A stretch of 64,000 nucleotides of DNA from a virus. This document shows, in pieces, positions 26,680 to 36,770 of this stretch. The notes below the pieces were generated by a model. It saw only the letters and a program-made list of their open reading frames with translations. It did not search any database and had not been told where the DNA came from. A program made the position numbers and the translations under genes. The number at the start of each line of letters is the position of its first letter. Position 1 is the first letter of the stretch. The stretch spans positions 1-64,000 of IMG/VR virus record IMGVR_UViG_3300019776_000521. One strand, written 5' to 3'.

Positions 26680-26780
26680 AAAAGCCCTTCCGGGCTTTTC
26701 TATGAAGTAAGTCAGCTGTAAGGTTGACTTGCAGAGCCAAAGCTTCCAGGTTCCCGTGGGAGGCATTGGCTCTTTTTTTG
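26680..26780 (+). promoter_or_regulatory. three tandem hairpins in the nrdJ leader, last one terminator-like
   Basis: AAAAGCCC/GGGCTTTT; AAGTCAGC/GTTGACTT; AGAGCCAA/TTGGCTCT plus T run. Confidence 0.55.
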
Positions 26781-26807
26781 TCCCCAGGAACCCTTGAAAG
26801 AGCCTCT

Positions 26808-28748
26808 ATGCCATTTAAAAATCCCCTGCCTACCCAACTCCAGGAATACATCCACAAGAGCCGCTACGCCCGTTGGATCGACTCTAAACAGCGTCGAGAA
26901 ACCTGGGAAGAAACCGTCCAGCGATACGTGGACTACTTCGCAAACAAGTTCGAGCATTACCCAGCTGCTCAGATCTACGAAAGCATTCTCAATCTGAAAA
27001 CCATGCCTTCGATGCGAGCACTCATGACTGCAGGCCCTGCATTGGAACGCGATCCAATGGCTGGCTTCAACTGCACCTTTGTGGCAGTTGACGATCAACG
27101 GGCCTTTGATGAAATCCTCTACATTCTTATGTGTGGCAGCGGTGTCGGCTTTAGCGTAGAACGCCAGTTCATAGCCAAGCTGCCGATCGTTGGAGCCAAA
27201 GCAGTTCAAGATTCCGAAGGCTTGCTCAGCATTGAAAGCGCTGACTCGCTGACACCGATCAATGAAACGATCGTCGTGCGCGACAGCAAAGGTGGCTGGG
27301 CTGGAGCCTTCAAAGAACTTATTGCATGGCTCTACAAAGGCTTCATTCCCAAGTGGGATGTCAGCCTGGTGCGTCCTGCTGGAGCCAAGCTGAAAGTCTT
27401 TGGCGGACGAGCCAGTGGCCCACAGCCACTGATTGATCTTTTCGCTTTCACTGTCGAGACCTTCAAAGCAGCTGCTGGTCGCAAGCTCACCAGCATTGAA
27501 TGCCATGATCTGGTTTGCAAGGTTGCAGACATTGTGGTTGTGGGTGGTGTGCGTCGCAGTGCACTGATCTCGCTGAGCAACCTCAGTGACGATCGTATGC
27601 GTGGAGCCAAGAACGGCCAATGGTGGGCAGTGGAACCTCAGCGTGCCCTGGCCAACAACTCAGCTGCTTACACCGAACGGCCGTCGATGGAACTGTTCAT
27701 GAAGGAATGGCTCTCGTTGATCGAGTCCAAGTCCGGTGAACGTGGAATCTTCAATCGTGAAGCCGCAATCAAGAAGGCAGTCGAAAGCGGACGCCGTGAT
27801 GCAAGCAAAGTTGTAGGCGTCAATCCTTGCGCCGAAATCACGCTGCGCTCAGCAGGCGTATGCAACCTATCTGAAGTGGTGATCCGCAAAGACGACACCA
27901 TTGAAGCCCTGATCGAAAAGGTTCAGGTGGCCACCATCATCGGCACCTATCAATCGATGCTGACCGACTTCCGCTATGTGCGTGACATCTGGAAACAGAA
28001 CCAACAGGAAGAACGTCTGCTTGGTGTATCGCTAACCGGCATCATGGATCACCCAGTTCTCAGCCAAACAAATGACCTGGCTGAATTCTGGTTGAAGTGC
28101 ATGAAGGCTGCAGCCATCGAAACCAACAAAGAATGGGCCGAAAAACTTGGCATCAATCAATCGGTTGCAATCACTACCGTAAAACCAAGTGGCACAGTGT
28201 CTCAGCTGGTGGACTCAGCATCAGGAATCCATCCTCGTTACTCGGAGTACTACATACGTACTGTCCGAGCCGACAAGAAAGATCCCTTGGCTCAGCTGAT
28301 GCGCCAGCAAGGCTTCCCGGTTGAAGACTGTGCAATGAAACCAGGCAGCACTGACATCTTCAGCTTTCCCGTGCAAGGACCAAGCGCTGCGGTATTCCGC
28401 AACGATCGGTCTGCACTTGAACAGCTGGAGCACTACCTAATGGTGCAAACCTTCTGGTCTGAGCACAACGTCTCCATCACGGTCTACGTCAAGGACCATG
28501 AATGGATGGGTGTTGGTGATTGGGTCTACCAGAACTTTGACAAGCTGGCCGGTGTGAGCTTCCTGCCTCACAGCGATCACAGCTACAAGCAAGCGCCTTA
28601 CCAGGAGTGCAGCAAGGAAGAGTACGAAGCCCTGCTTGCACGCATGCCCAATTTTGATTGGGAAGAGCTGGCCATTTTTGAGCAAGACGACTCCACCGTC
28701 AACACCAAAGAGTTGGCGTGCACTGCTGGCCAGTGTGAATTGATCTAA
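26808..28748 (+). CDS. nrdJ: class II (B12-dependent) ribonucleotide reductase
   Basis: MPSMR, FNC, VGGVRRSA, NPCAEI, TVKPSGTVS, C-terminal CTAGQC; no small subunit in window. Confidence 0.9.
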   Translation: MPFKNPLPTQLQEYIHKSRYARWIDSKQRRETWEETVQRYVDYFANKFEHYPAAQIYESILNLKTMPSMRALMTAGPALERDPMAGFNCTFVAVDDQRAFDEILYILMCGSGVGFSVERQFIAKLPIVGAKAVQDSEGLLSIESADSLTPINETIVVRDSKGGWAGAFKELIAWLYKGFIPKWDVSLVRPAGAKLKVFGGRASGPQPLIDLFAFTVETFKAAAGRKLTSIECHDLVCKVADIVVVGGVRRSALISLSNLSDDRMRGAKNGQWWAVEPQRALANNSAAYTERPSMELFMKEWLSLIESKSGERGIFNREAAIKKAVESGRRDASKVVGVNPCAEITLRSAGVCNLSEVVIRKDDTIEALIEKVQVATIIGTYQSMLTDFRYVRDIWKQNQQEERLLGVSLTGIMDHPVLSQTNDLAEFWLKCMKAAAIETNKEWAEKLGINQSVAITTVKPSGTVSQLVDSASGIHPRYSEYYIRTVRADKKDPLAQLMRQQGFPVEDCAMKPGSTDIFSFPVQGPSAAVFRNDRSALEQLEHYLMVQTFWSEHNVSITVYVKDHEWMGVGDWVYQNFDKLAGVSFLPHSDHSYKQAPYQECSKEEYEALLARMPNFDWEELAIFEQDDSTVNTKELACTAGQCELI

Positions 28749-28755
28749 GCAAATC

Positions 28756-28778
28756 GACTCCCCTCAATGAGGGGAGTC
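28756..28778. other. perfect GC-rich hairpin after nrdJ
   Basis: GACTCCCCTC-aat-GAGGGGAGTC with no T tail. Confidence 0.5.
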
Positions 28779-28800
28779 CAACCAACCAGGAGAAAGAACC

Positions 28801-29049
28801 ATGGAAGTACCCATGTCGAAAAAGTACCCCCAGTACTACAAGCCAGTAGGCACCTTGATTGAAGTCGATGTCTACGCAGTTCACAAGCTGTTTGAAATCC
28901 AAGATCCCTCTGGTGCCATCCAGCACGCCAGCAAAAAGCTTTTGCTTTCCGGCTCACGTAACGGTGGCAAGTCAGCCTTCAAAGACATCGTTGAAGCGCG
29001 GGACACGCTTACCCGTTGGATCCAGCTGAACGAACCAACTGTCGTCTAA
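28801..29049 (+). CDS. conserved phage hypothetical protein
   Basis: DVYAVHKLF..AIQHASKKLL.SG.RNGGK motif; AGGAG RBS. Confidence 0.75.
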   Translation: MEVPMSKKYPQYYKPVGTLIEVDVYAVHKLFEIQDPSGAIQHASKKLLLSGSRNGGKSAFKDIVEARDTLTRWIQLNEPTVV

Positions 29050-29099
29050 GCACCAAGCGGGATCCTCCCGCTCTTACGATCAATCAACCAAGGTATCCA

Positions 29100-30086
29100 A
29101 TGACCCAACGATTTGCCAATGTGTCGGAAGTGCCTCTTGCACTTGCCGTGTTTCTCGCATCTGATTTTTACGATCACGATGACGATCCGTTTACCGTCAG
29201 TGCGACAACGCTGCTGAAGCCACTGCGGCAAATCATCCTACCTTCCCGCATTCCTGCTGGAGAAGGCTTGGTGAACCTTGCTGACATGATGAACAACCGA
29301 ATGGGTAGTGCCATCCATGACGGCATTGAAAAAGCCTGGATGACCAACCATCGCAAAGCCATGCAATCCATGGGTTTGCCTGCGCGAGTAATCGATCGTG
29401 TGGTGATCAATCCGCCCATGGAAGAGCTACTCGGTCCTGACTCCATTCCAGTCTACCTGGAGCAACGGCTTACTCGACAACTTGGCAAGTGGAAGATCAC
29501 TGGCAAGTTCGACTTCATTGGAGAAGGTCGGGTACAGGATTTCAAATCCACCAGCACCTTCACCTACAAGAAGCAAACGAGTGCTGACAAGTACACTCAG
29601 CAAGGCAGCATCTATCGGTGGCTTGATCCCAAGAAGATCACTCAAGATCAAATGGACATCCATTACATCTTCACCGATTGGAAGGGTGCAATGGCCAAGA
29701 CCGATTCAAGCTACCCGCCCAAACGGTTTCACACTCAGACTTTCGATCTGATGAGCCTTGCCGAAACCGAAAGCTTCATTCGACGCAAGCTGGCTTTGAT
29801 CGAACAGCACTGGGATTCTCCTGAAGAAGAAATCCCTCTGTGCGACGACACGGATCTGTGGCGCAGTGAACCCCAGTTTAAGTATTACAAGAACCCAGAC
29901 AAGACTGCTCGCAGCACCAAGAATTTCGACACCATGCAAGACGCCATGCTCCGGCTTTCAGAAGACGGCAATGTCGGCATTGTGAAAGAAGTTCCTGGTC
30001 AAGTCACCGCCTGCAAGTATTGCCCAGCATTCGCTGCATGCACCCAAAAAGACCAACTTGTTGCTTTGGGTGATCTCATTCTTTAA
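29100..30086 (+). CDS. PD-(D/E)XK exonuclease (N4 gp42-like)
   Basis: GSAIH, GKFD...DFK, C-terminal CKYC...C cluster. Confidence 0.85.
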   Translation: MTQRFANVSEVPLALAVFLASDFYDHDDDPFTVSATTLLKPLRQIILPSRIPAGEGLVNLADMMNNRMGSAIHDGIEKAWMTNHRKAMQSMGLPARVIDRVVINPPMEELLGPDSIPVYLEQRLTRQLGKWKITGKFDFIGEGRVQDFKSTSTFTYKKQTSADKYTQQGSIYRWLDPKKITQDQMDIHYIFTDWKGAMAKTDSSYPPKRFHTQTFDLMSLAETESFIRRKLALIEQHWDSPEEEIPLCDDTDLWRSEPQFKYYKNPDKTARSTKNFDTMQDAMLRLSEDGNVGIVKEVPGQVTACKYCPAFAACTQKDQLVALGDLIL

Positions 30087-30101
30087 CTCAGAAAGCAATC
30101 C

Positions 30102-32243
30102 ATGAAAACATTTGAAGAGATGGAGTACCACCCGACTTCAGAAAAGCTTGTCAACATTCTTTGCAGCAAGACCCAAAACAGCAACCCACTGTTTTTCCGA
30201 GTGCTGGTTGGCTACTACTTCAGTCTGGTGGCATCCATGATGCGAACCACCATTGCAACGCATGATCGCGGAGACATCCCCGTGAACATGTACGCATTAA
30301 ACCTGAGTACCTCTGGTTCAGGCAAAGGCTTCTCGACCAACATCATTGAGAACGAAGTCATCAACCTGTTCCGATCCAGGTTCCTGGAAGAGACCTTTCC
30401 CATCCTGGCCGAGAACAACTTGCCAAAGCTTGCACTCAAGCGATCCAACCGCAAGAGCACGGATCCAGATGAAGAACTGGTTCGTGTCCAGAAGGAATTC
30501 GAGCAGCTTGGCTCACTGGTGTTCAGCTTTGACTCAGGCACCCCTGCTGCAGTCAAGCAGATGCGCCACAAGCTGCTGATGGCTGACGCAGGCTCCATGA
30601 ACTTGCAGATCGATGAGATCGGTTCCAACCTGGTTGGCAACATGGATGTGCTCGACACATTCATCGAACTCTACGATGTCGGCCTGATCAAATCCAAGCT
30701 GATCAAGAACACTTCAGACAATGTGCGTAACGAAGAAATCGTGGGTCGTACTCCGACCAACATGATGCTCTTTGGCACGCCATCCAAGCTGCTGAACGGC
30801 AGCAAGACCGAGGAAGAACTCTACTCAATGCTGGAGACTGGCTATGCCCGTCGATGCTTTTTTGGCTACAGCCGTGCATCCAACAAGATCCACGAACAGA
30901 CGCCTGAAGAGATCTACGCTCAGCTGACCAACAAAGACGCCAACCTGTACCTCCAGGATCTCTCCAATCGCCTGGAGAACCTTGCGGACATCATCAACGT
31001 CAACAAGCGCCTGGTCATCACCAAGGAAACCAGCCTGCTGCTGATTGAGTACAAGCTCAAGTGTGAGCGTGAAGCGCACCTGTACCCGGAGCATGAGGAG
31101 ATCAAGAAAGCAGAGATCTCGCATCGCTACTTCAAAGCCCTGAAGCTTGCCGGTGCCTATGCCTTCATCGATGATTCGACGGAACTGACCGAAGCACACC
31201 TGTACCAAGCCATCAAGCTTGCCGAAGAGTCGGGAGACTCATTCAACCGGCTGCTAACTCGAGATCGAGCCTACGTGAAGCTGGCCAAATACATCGCAAC
31301 TTGCAAGCGTGATGTTACTCAAGCCGACCTGGTGGAAGACCTTCCTTTCTATCGTGGTGCACAGGGCCAGAAATCAGAGATGCTGAGCTTGGCGATCGCC
31401 TATGGCTACAAGAACAACATCATCATCAAGAAGTCATTTTCTGACGGCATCGAATTCCTTCGGGGTGAGACGCTCAAGAAGACCGACATCAACAAGATGG
31501 TGTTGAGCTACAGCACCGACATCACCTCCGATTACCGCAACGAGCATGCACCGTTTGACCAGCTGCACAAGCTGACTCAAGCATCAGGACTCCACTGGGT
31601 AGCCCACCATCTCAATGGTGGCTATCGCAACGAGGAGAACTGCATTGCTGGCTTCAACCTGGTGGTGATCGACGTAGATGGTGGTGTCAACATCAGCACA
31701 GCCAAGTTGCTGTTGAAGAACTACAAGTTCCTCATCTACACAACCAAGCGACACACGGCACAGGAAAACAGGTTCCGCATTGTTCTGCCAATCAACTACG
31801 AGTTGGCCATGGATGCCAAGGACTACAAAGAGTTCATGGCAAACATCTACGAATGGCTTCCATTCGATGTGGACAAGGCAACCAATCAGCGTGCACGCAA
31901 GTGGCTGTCTCACGACGGCAGCTACGAGTACAACGACGGCGACATTCTCGACGCCCTGCCCTTCATTCCCAAGACCAGCAAGAATGAAGAACGCAAAGAG
32001 CTGATGAACACACAGCAATCCATGGACAACCTGGAGCGCTGGGTGATCAACAACATCGGGGATGGCAACCGTAACAACATGCTGCTGCGCTACGCAATGA
32101 TCCTGCTTGATGGTGGTTTCGACTTTGAAAACATCCGTCAGCGCGTCATGACTTTGAACAGCAAGATTGCCGACAAGCTTGATGAAGCCGAGGTCATGGC
32201 AACTATTATGATCACAGTGGCCAAGACCATTTCCAAACGATAA
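30102..32243 (+). CDS. primase (N4 gp43-like)
   Basis: SGSGKG, IDVDG, GNRNNMLLRYA (PriCT). Confidence 0.9.
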   Translation: MKTFEEMEYHPTSEKLVNILCSKTQNSNPLFFRVLVGYYFSLVASMMRTTIATHDRGDIPVNMYALNLSTSGSGKGFSTNIIENEVINLFRSRFLEETFPILAENNLPKLALKRSNRKSTDPDEELVRVQKEFEQLGSLVFSFDSGTPAAVKQMRHKLLMADAGSMNLQIDEIGSNLVGNMDVLDTFIELYDVGLIKSKLIKNTSDNVRNEEIVGRTPTNMMLFGTPSKLLNGSKTEEELYSMLETGYARRCFFGYSRASNKIHEQTPEEIYAQLTNKDANLYLQDLSNRLENLADIINVNKRLVITKETSLLLIEYKLKCEREAHLYPEHEEIKKAEISHRYFKALKLAGAYAFIDDSTELTEAHLYQAIKLAEESGDSFNRLLTRDRAYVKLAKYIATCKRDVTQADLVEDLPFYRGAQGQKSEMLSLAIAYGYKNNIIIKKSFSDGIEFLRGETLKKTDINKMVLSYSTDITSDYRNEHAPFDQLHKLTQASGLHWVAHHLNGGYRNEENCIAGFNLVVIDVDGGVNISTAKLLLKNYKFLIYTTKRHTAQENRFRIVLPINYELAMDAKDYKEFMANIYEWLPFDVDKATNQRARKWLSHDGSYEYNDGDILDALPFIPKTSKNEERKELMNTQQSMDNLERWVINNIGDGNRNNMLLRYAMILLDGGFDFENIRQRVMTLNSKIADKLDEAEVMATIMITVAKTISKR

Positions 32244-32257
32244 AGAAAGGAGCCTAC

Positions 32258-32725
32258 ATGGGCTGCGATATTCACTGGTACTCCGAAACCAAACGCAACG
32301 GTCAATGGGAGTGCGATCAAGCAAACACATTCTGCTATGACGAAGAAAACTATCCAGAAATGGATAGCTTTCCCGGTCGTGATCGAGATTATTGGTTTTT
32401 TGGCTTGCTGCAGCCTGGTGTCCGTTCCCATTGGGATTGGTCGTTTTCTGAGCGAGAAATCATCCCTGATGACTTGTCTAAAGAAGTCAAAACAATTTGG
32501 GATCGTTGGGACTCGGATGGCCACAGCCATGGATACGTCACTCGGGAAGAGATCAAAGCCAAACTCGAAGAACTCAAACCTCTTCGCACTCAGCATCTGA
32601 TCAATCCGACCGACGAGGCAAATATCGTCAGGCACCACGTTACCAAACTAGAGAACTGCTTGACCCATCTGACCTCAGACGTTCTCGATTCCGATCAGCG
32701 GATCGTCTTCTGCTTCGACAACTGA
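32258..32725 (+). CDS. hypothetical phage protein
   Basis: MGCDIH...RDY..FG...HSH...RIVFCFDN family pattern; GGAG RBS. Confidence 0.75.
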   Translation: MGCDIHWYSETKRNGQWECDQANTFCYDEENYPEMDSFPGRDRDYWFFGLLQPGVRSHWDWSFSEREIIPDDLSKEVKTIWDRWDSDGHSHGYVTREEIKAKLEELKPLRTQHLINPTDEANIVRHHVTKLENCLTHLTSDVLDSDQRIVFCFDN

Positions 32726-32777
32726 TCCACCAATGGGGCGCTTTCCGGCGCTTCTGCGAAAACAACCAAGGAACTCA

Positions 32778-33503
32778 ATGTCCGAAACCAATGACCATCT
32801 GGTCTTGCTCTGTGGCAAGTCTGCTACAGGCAAGTCCGCATCGCTGATGGGTATTCAAAACCCTGAAGGCGTGCTTTATCTCAACTGTGAATCTGGCAAG
32901 CGATTGCCTTTCAAAACCAAGTTCATCCAGAAGACGATCACCGATCCGCTTCAAGTAAACGAGGGCTTTGACTGGGCTGAAACGCAACCCCATGTGCACA
33001 CCATTGTGGTGGACAGCCTCACTTACCTGCTCGACATGTACGAGAGCTTGTATGTGCAGAATGCCGCCAATGGCATGCAAGCCTGGGGCCAGTTTGCCCA
33101 GTACTTCAAATCACTGATGCAGCACTACGTTGCCAAGTCAACGAAGCGCATCATCTTCACGGCTCACACTTCAGACACACTGAATGAATCCGAAATGCTG
33201 ATGGAAACCAAGGTGCCTGTTAAAGGCTCCTTGAAGAACAACGGCATTGAGTCATACTTCAGTATTGTCATCTCATCGAAGAAGGTGAACCTGAAAGCAC
33301 TGAAGGATTATGGTTCGGCTTTGCTGACCATTACTCCTGAAGAGGAAGCACTTGGATTCAAGTATGTCTTCCAAACCAAGATCACGAAGGAGACGGTGAA
33401 CGAGCGTCTGCGTGGTCCTCTCGGGTTGTTCGATACAAAGGAAACTTTTATCGACAACAACATTCAGCTGGTTCTTGACCGACTGAAAGACTACTACGCC
33501 TAA
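32778..33503 (+). CDS. Sak4-like AAA ssDNA-annealing protein (N4 gp44-like)
   Basis: GKSATGKS, VVDSLT, FTAH. Confidence 0.85.
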   Translation: MSETNDHLVLLCGKSATGKSASLMGIQNPEGVLYLNCESGKRLPFKTKFIQKTITDPLQVNEGFDWAETQPHVHTIVVDSLTYLLDMYESLYVQNAANGMQAWGQFAQYFKSLMQHYVAKSTKRIIFTAHTSDTLNESEMLMETKVPVKGSLKNNGIESYFSIVISSKKVNLKALKDYGSALLTITPEEEALGFKYVFQTKITKETVNERLRGPLGLFDTKETFIDNNIQLVLDRLKDYYA

Positions 33504-33544
33504 AGCGTTGTATAACCACTCCCCCAAACCAAAGGAAATTAAAC

Positions 33545-34285
33545 ATGTCCCTGCTTGCAAACCTTTCTACCGACGCATCCATCACCGAAGAAAAAGACTC
33601 GGTTGGAGCCAATGGCCCCCTGGATTCGGGCCTGTACAACTCGACCGTGGCAATGGCCTATCTGATCAAATCGGATGGCGGTGCACTCGGCCTGGTTCTC
33701 AACCTGAAGACTGATTCGGACAAAGAAATCCGTCAGACTCTCTGGATGACCTCCGGCACTGCCAAAGGCGGCTTGAACTACTACACCGACAAAGCCGGTG
33801 CAAAGCAGTACTTGCCTGGTTTCAACCATGCCAACAGCCTTGCGCTGCTCACCTGCGGCAAAGAGATCTCTGCTCTGGAAACCGAAACCAAAGTGGTCAA
33901 GGTCTACTCCAAGGAAGCCAAAGCCGAGGTGCCCACCAAGGTCGAAGTGCCGATGGATCTACTTGGCAAGGAAATCCTGGTTGGCCTGATTCGCCAAACC
34001 GTGGACAAGACGGCCAAGAACGCAGCCACCGGCATCTACGAGCCGACTGGTGAAACCCGTGACGAGAACGAAATCGACAAGCTGTTCCGTGCGAAAGATC
34101 GCATGACCACTGCCGAGATTCGTGCTCAAGCCACAGAACCCGCATTCGTCGAAACCTGGGCCACCAAATGGGCCGGTAAGACGCGCGATCGTACCAAGGG
34201 TACCTCTGGTACTCCTGGTGCACCGAAACCTGCTGGAGCACCAGCAGCTGTTGCCAAGAAGCCGACGACGAGCCTGTTTGCCTGA
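33545..34285 (+). CDS. single-stranded DNA-binding protein (N4 gp45-like)
   Basis: YLPGF motif and C-terminal TTSLFA; synteny. Confidence 0.85.
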   Translation: MSLLANLSTDASITEEKDSVGANGPLDSGLYNSTVAMAYLIKSDGGALGLVLNLKTDSDKEIRQTLWMTSGTAKGGLNYYTDKAGAKQYLPGFNHANSLALLTCGKEISALETETKVVKVYSKEAKAEVPTKVEVPMDLLGKEILVGLIRQTVDKTAKNAATGIYEPTGETRDENEIDKLFRAKDRMTTAEIRAQATEPAFVETWATKWAGKTRDRTKGTSGTPGAPKPAGAPAAVAKKPTTSLFA

Positions 34286-34300
34286 TTCTTGGCAATCCAC

Positions 34301-34330
34301 AAGAGATGGCAATTCAGCCATCTCTTTTTT
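34301..34330 (+). terminator. intrinsic terminator
   Basis: AAGAGATGGC-aattca-GCCATCTCTT plus T run. Confidence 0.85.
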
Positions 34331-34353
34331 CTCACCTCAACTAGGAAACTTCT

Positions 34354-34554
34354 ATGCAACTTGATGGCAATATGCCCCTGACCCTGCAGCTGACCGTGGA
34401 TAGCGCAAACATTGTGCTGGCCGCTCTCAGCACCCAGCCTTACGATCGTGTGGCAGCACTGATCGGGATCATCCAGCAGCAAGCTCGGACCCAGATCGAA
34501 GCGTCGCAGCCGCAAGTGATGGCGCAAGAGCAGACCTCAATTCTGAAAGAATGA
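34354..34554 (+). CDS. hypothetical protein
   Basis: 66 aa; LAALSTQPYDRVAALI. Confidence 0.6.
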   Translation: MQLDGNMPLTLQLTVDSANIVLAALSTQPYDRVAALIGIIQQQARTQIEASQPQVMAQEQTSILKE

Positions 34555-34555
34555 G

Positions 34556-34966
34556 ATGCACAACGTCACTTCTCCCAGAACTGACGACTCCGGCATTGAG
34601 CAGGAAATCGTAGCCAAAGGCAAAGTTGCTCCGCGCGTTACACCTGCGGACATCGAAGCCAACATTGCCAGCGAGCACTACTTTACGGCTCGTGACGGGC
34701 GCCGTGGCGCACTGTACGAAGAAACCTATGTTGGGCGCGAACGGCCAGTGGTAGACAACTCTGACCTTTTGCCGCTCGGCCTTCTGACTTTCTGCGTACT
34801 GGTTCTGCGTAACGGCTTTACCGTCACAGGTGAATCGGCCTGCGCAAGTCCTGAAAACTTCGATGCAGAAATCGGCCGCAAGATCGCCAGGCAAAACGCT
34901 GTGCAAAAGATCTGGCCCCTGATGGGCTATGAACTGCGCAGCAAACTGGCTGGAGATGCAGCATGA
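34556..34966 (+). CDS. phage gp49/gp66-family protein
   Basis: LTFCVLVLRNGFTVTGESACASPENFDAEIGRKIA signature. Confidence 0.85.
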   Translation: MHNVTSPRTDDSGIEQEIVAKGKVAPRVTPADIEANIASEHYFTARDGRRGALYEETYVGRERPVVDNSDLLPLGLLTFCVLVLRNGFTVTGESACASPENFDAEIGRKIARQNAVQKIWPLMGYELRSKLAGDAA

Positions 34967-35313
34967 CGCGCACAGACATCGCCCGTGTGTGCCATGAGGT
35001 AAATCGGGCCTACTGCTCAGCCCTTGGTGATCATAGCCAGCCTAGCTGGGAAGACGCACCCGAGTGGCAGAAAAGCAGCGCGCTGCTAGGTGTGAACCTG
35101 CATTGCGACAGTAATGTAGGGCCTGAAGCCAGCCACGAAAGCTGGATGAAACAAAAACTTGCTGAAGGATGGGTCTACGGGCTTGTAAAAGATCCCGTTG
35201 CCAAAACGCATCCTTGCATTGTTTTGTTCGATGATCTTCCTCAAGCACAAAAAGCCAAGGATTTCATCTTTCAAGCCATCGTTCATTCCTTGAGAGAAAG
35301 CGCAGTCCAATGA
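34963..35313 (+). CDS. RyR-domain protein
   Basis: HESW...GWVYG...KTHPCIV.FDDLP..QKAKD. Confidence 0.8.
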   Translation: MTRTDIARVCHEVNRAYCSALGDHSQPSWEDAPEWQKSSALLGVNLHCDSNVGPEASHESWMKQKLAEGWVYGLVKDPVAKTHPCIVLFDDLPQAQKAKDFIFQAIVHSLRESAVQ

Positions 35314-35609
35314 CCAAGATTCCCGACAACACCGTGCACATCAAAAACATCGATCACTTCATCCAGATCTTGTGCCATTGGCACGAAGGCAAGGTGAAGA
35401 CTCTTGAGCACATGCTTGGCATTCCGCAAGGCGTGGAGGTCACGTTCAACGATGATGGTCCGCAGATCCTGCAAGGTGAACTGCATCGGGGCTTCATCAT
35501 CGGCTTGTCTCTTGGTTTGATGGAACTGGGCACCCTGCCCTTTGCCGTCGAAATGGAAGAAGAAGAAGAAGCAAAACCAGCAACCGTCAATGAGCCAGTT
35601 CAGCACTAG
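35310..35609 (+). CDS. hypothetical protein
   Basis: 99 aa, coupled to neighbours. Confidence 0.7.
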   Translation: MTKIPDNTVHIKNIDHFIQILCHWHEGKVKTLEHMLGIPQGVEVTFNDDGPQILQGELHRGFIIGLSLGLMELGTLPFAVEMEEEEEAKPATVNEPVQH

Positions 35610-36216
35610 CACCATTACGGTTGTCGGCCAGGATCCCAGTCTAAGAAACTGGGGTCTTGCGGTAGGCACCTTCAATCTGGAAAGCCAAAAGCTCACGATC
35701 AAGCTGCTGGATCTGACCAACCCTGAATTGTCAAAAGCAAAACAGGTCCGTCAGAACAGTATTGACCTTGAGGCGGCGTACCAGCTGTACAAGGGTGCCG
35801 TTACCGCAGCAGAGGGCGCTCACGCAGTCTTCGTTGAAGTACCTGTAGGTAGCCAGTCCGCAAGGGCAATGGCCTCCTACGGGGTCTGTGTGGGCGTCCT
35901 GGGGGCATTGAGAGCGAATGGTATTCCCTTCTTCGAGGTGACTCCCGCAGAGGTCAAGCTTGCCGCAGGCGGTCACAAGAACGCCAGCAAGCAAGACATG
36001 ATCAAGTGGGCCATGGCTGCACATCCTGAAGCCAACTGGCCCATGTACAAGCACAACGGCAAGACCATCGTGAGCGAAGCGAAAGCAGAGCACATGGCGG
36101 ACGCTGTTGCTGCCATTTACGCAGGACTTTCCTGCAATGCGTTCAAACAAATGTTGCCGTTCTTTTCGGCACACCTGAAGAAAGAAGCCAATGCAAATTC
36201 AGCTCAAACAAACTGA
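35590..36216 (+). CDS. RuvC-like Holliday junction resolvase
   Basis: VGQDPSLRNWG, FVEVP, HMADA. Confidence 0.8.
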   Translation: MSQFSTSTITVVGQDPSLRNWGLAVGTFNLESQKLTIKLLDLTNPELSKAKQVRQNSIDLEAAYQLYKGAVTAAEGAHAVFVEVPVGSQSARAMASYGVCVGVLGALRANGIPFFEVTPAEVKLAAGGHKNASKQDMIKWAMAAHPEANWPMYKHNGKTIVSEAKAEHMADAVAAIYAGLSCNAFKQMLPFFSAHLKKEANANSAQTN

Positions 36217-36493
36217 AATCGTCACTGCACTGAAGCAGTACATCCACAATCAGGGCATCAACCTGACTGGGAAAGAAGTCACCATCGCCTTTACCGCTGG
36301 TCGCAAGGAAAGCGGTATCAGCGCTGAGTTGACCATTGAAGACTCCAGCATTCCTGGTTTCTCCGAAGCTGACAGTGTGGTTGCTCCGGTCACCTTGACG
36401 GTGGTTCCATCCGACTCCGGCAATGATCGACCTGCAGAGGGTGATTCCGAGCCTGAACCTGTTGCAAAGACGCCTACCGGCTTGTTCAGCTAA
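36191..36493 (+). CDS. N4-like hypothetical protein
   Basis: MQIQLKQTEI...FTAGRK..G; ends GLFS. Confidence 0.7.
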   Translation: MQIQLKQTEIVTALKQYIHNQGINLTGKEVTIAFTAGRKESGISAELTIEDSSIPGFSEADSVVAPVTLTVVPSDSGNDRPAEGDSEPEPVAKTPTGLFS

Positions 36494-36505
36494 CAGGTCG
36501 CAGGC

Positions 36506-36730
36506 ATGGGCGTACTCAAGGGGATCGGCTATACCCTAGCCGCTATCCTGGTTCTTGCAGTACTATTGATCGGAGGAGCGCTCATATCTTCATTTGTTCT
36601 CGTAGCAGGATTTTTCCTGTTCGTGGCAGCTGTTGTGTCTCTAATCGCACTCTGGATCAAGGAATGCTGTGAATCAGTACCAAATCGAACGAAGCAAAGC
36701 CAAAGAGCAGGCCCCAAAGAAGGCGCTTGA
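36506..36730 (+). CDS. small membrane protein
   Basis: Long hydrophobic stretch, probably two TM helices. Confidence 0.65.
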   Translation: MGVLKGIGYTLAAILVLAVLLIGGALISSFVLVAGFFLFVAAVVSLIALWIKECCESVPNRTKQSQRAGPKEGA

Positions 36731-36770
36731 GGCACTCTTCGATGAACCGCCCAAACCCAAAGGAGTACCC

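Noticed and set aside
26724-26807. Upstream TTG start for nrdJ; cobalamin riboswitch
   Set aside because: The extension runs through a terminator-like hairpin; no B12-box consensus recognised.
28756-28778. Hairpin as a vRNAP promoter
   Set aside because: Loop AAT/ATT does not match the N4 GNA triloop, and the site is outside the early region.
29100-30086. Cas4-like nuclease as a CRISPR component
   Set aside because: It is the core N4-type gp42 exonuclease in normal synteny.
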